A stretch of DNA of 64,000 nucleotides from Octopus sinensis (lineage: Eukaryota). How positions within the stretch are numbered: the stretch's first letter is position 1; each line of letters opens with the position of its first letter. Below are positions 63,297 through 64,000 of the stretch, in pieces. Below the pieces are notes generated by a model. The model saw only the letters and a list, made by a program, of their open reading frames with translations, made no database searches and was not told the origin of the DNA. Where the stretch lies: contig NC_043020.1 in the NCBI RefSeq assembly GCF_006345805.1, positions 682,001-746,000 of the forward strand, in the 5' to 3' direction. The position numbers and the translations under genes were made by a program.

Positions 63297-64000
63297 ATTT
63301 TTAGTCACATCTTTCTCACTCTCTCCCTCTCGCCACTGCCCTGCCCTCTTCTCCTTCCCCCTTCTATCACACTTTCGCCTCCTGCATATTCCATCTCTTC
63401 CTCCTCCTCCTCTTGCACTTTCACTTTCACACACACACACCACACACACACACACACACTGTATCCTGCTGGACTTTGGTCTATTTTCATAACTAGCAGC
63501 TGTCATTCCCAATCATTTTCTGTTCTCTTCATCCTCTTTTATTTTCAGAAATGTTATTTTCTACCATTAATGTAAATGATTTCTGTAGCTCATGTTCATG
63601 CATATCCACCCATGCATGACAGTGTACACACACACACAGACACACACTACACACACACACACACACACACCACTACACACACACACACACACACATGCAC
63701 ACTACTACACACACACGCACATACACACACGCTCTCGACCATACCATGCACACTTTGTCACGCATGACTGCACGTAAACGTGCATGAGTGAACACACCAC
63801 ACATGCATCACATTTTGTGTGCACTTCTCTAGCCACGCTTGCACACATTCCATGGTGCATGGAGAGCTACAGAACCAGCACGCATGCACACGCTCCCACA
63901 GACACATTAGATGTAATGTGTGTGTGTGTGTATCTATGTATGTATATGTGGGTGTTTGTTTACATGTATGCCCACATGCATATACACAATACACACCCAC

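Overview
AT-rich, microsatellite-dense eukaryotic DNA with long (TA)n, (CA)n, (TATG)n, (CT)n and (AAT)n runs. The repeat families look like those of an octopod cephalopod (Octopus-like); this is an inference from recalled SINE families, not from a database search. I find no host protein-coding gene I can name, so the window reads as intergenic or intronic. Nearly all long ORFs in the supplied track are microsatellite or SINE artefacts. Supported content: (1) at least four SINE-like families in roughly 45 copies, here called A, B, C and D; (2) 3' fragments of non-LTR retrotransposons, namely two R4/Dong-like restriction-like-endonuclease ends sitting in (TAA)n, one RTE/RTE-X end and one RTE-BovB-like end; (3) a decayed maT/DD37D-type Tc1/mariner transposon with TIR remnants; (4) three non-autonomous Helitrons; (5) a TTAA-flanked piggyBac-like MITE; (6) a Penelope-like segment with a near-canonical minimal hammerhead ribozyme; (7) several minisatellites and local direct or inverted duplications. 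The best leads are the two Dong-like fragments truncated at the same codon, the hammerhead motif, the two Helitron copies with different internal segments, and a head-to-tail 174-bp SINE multimer. A few + strand exon candidates are speculative. Coordinates were counted by hand and repeat boundaries are approximate.
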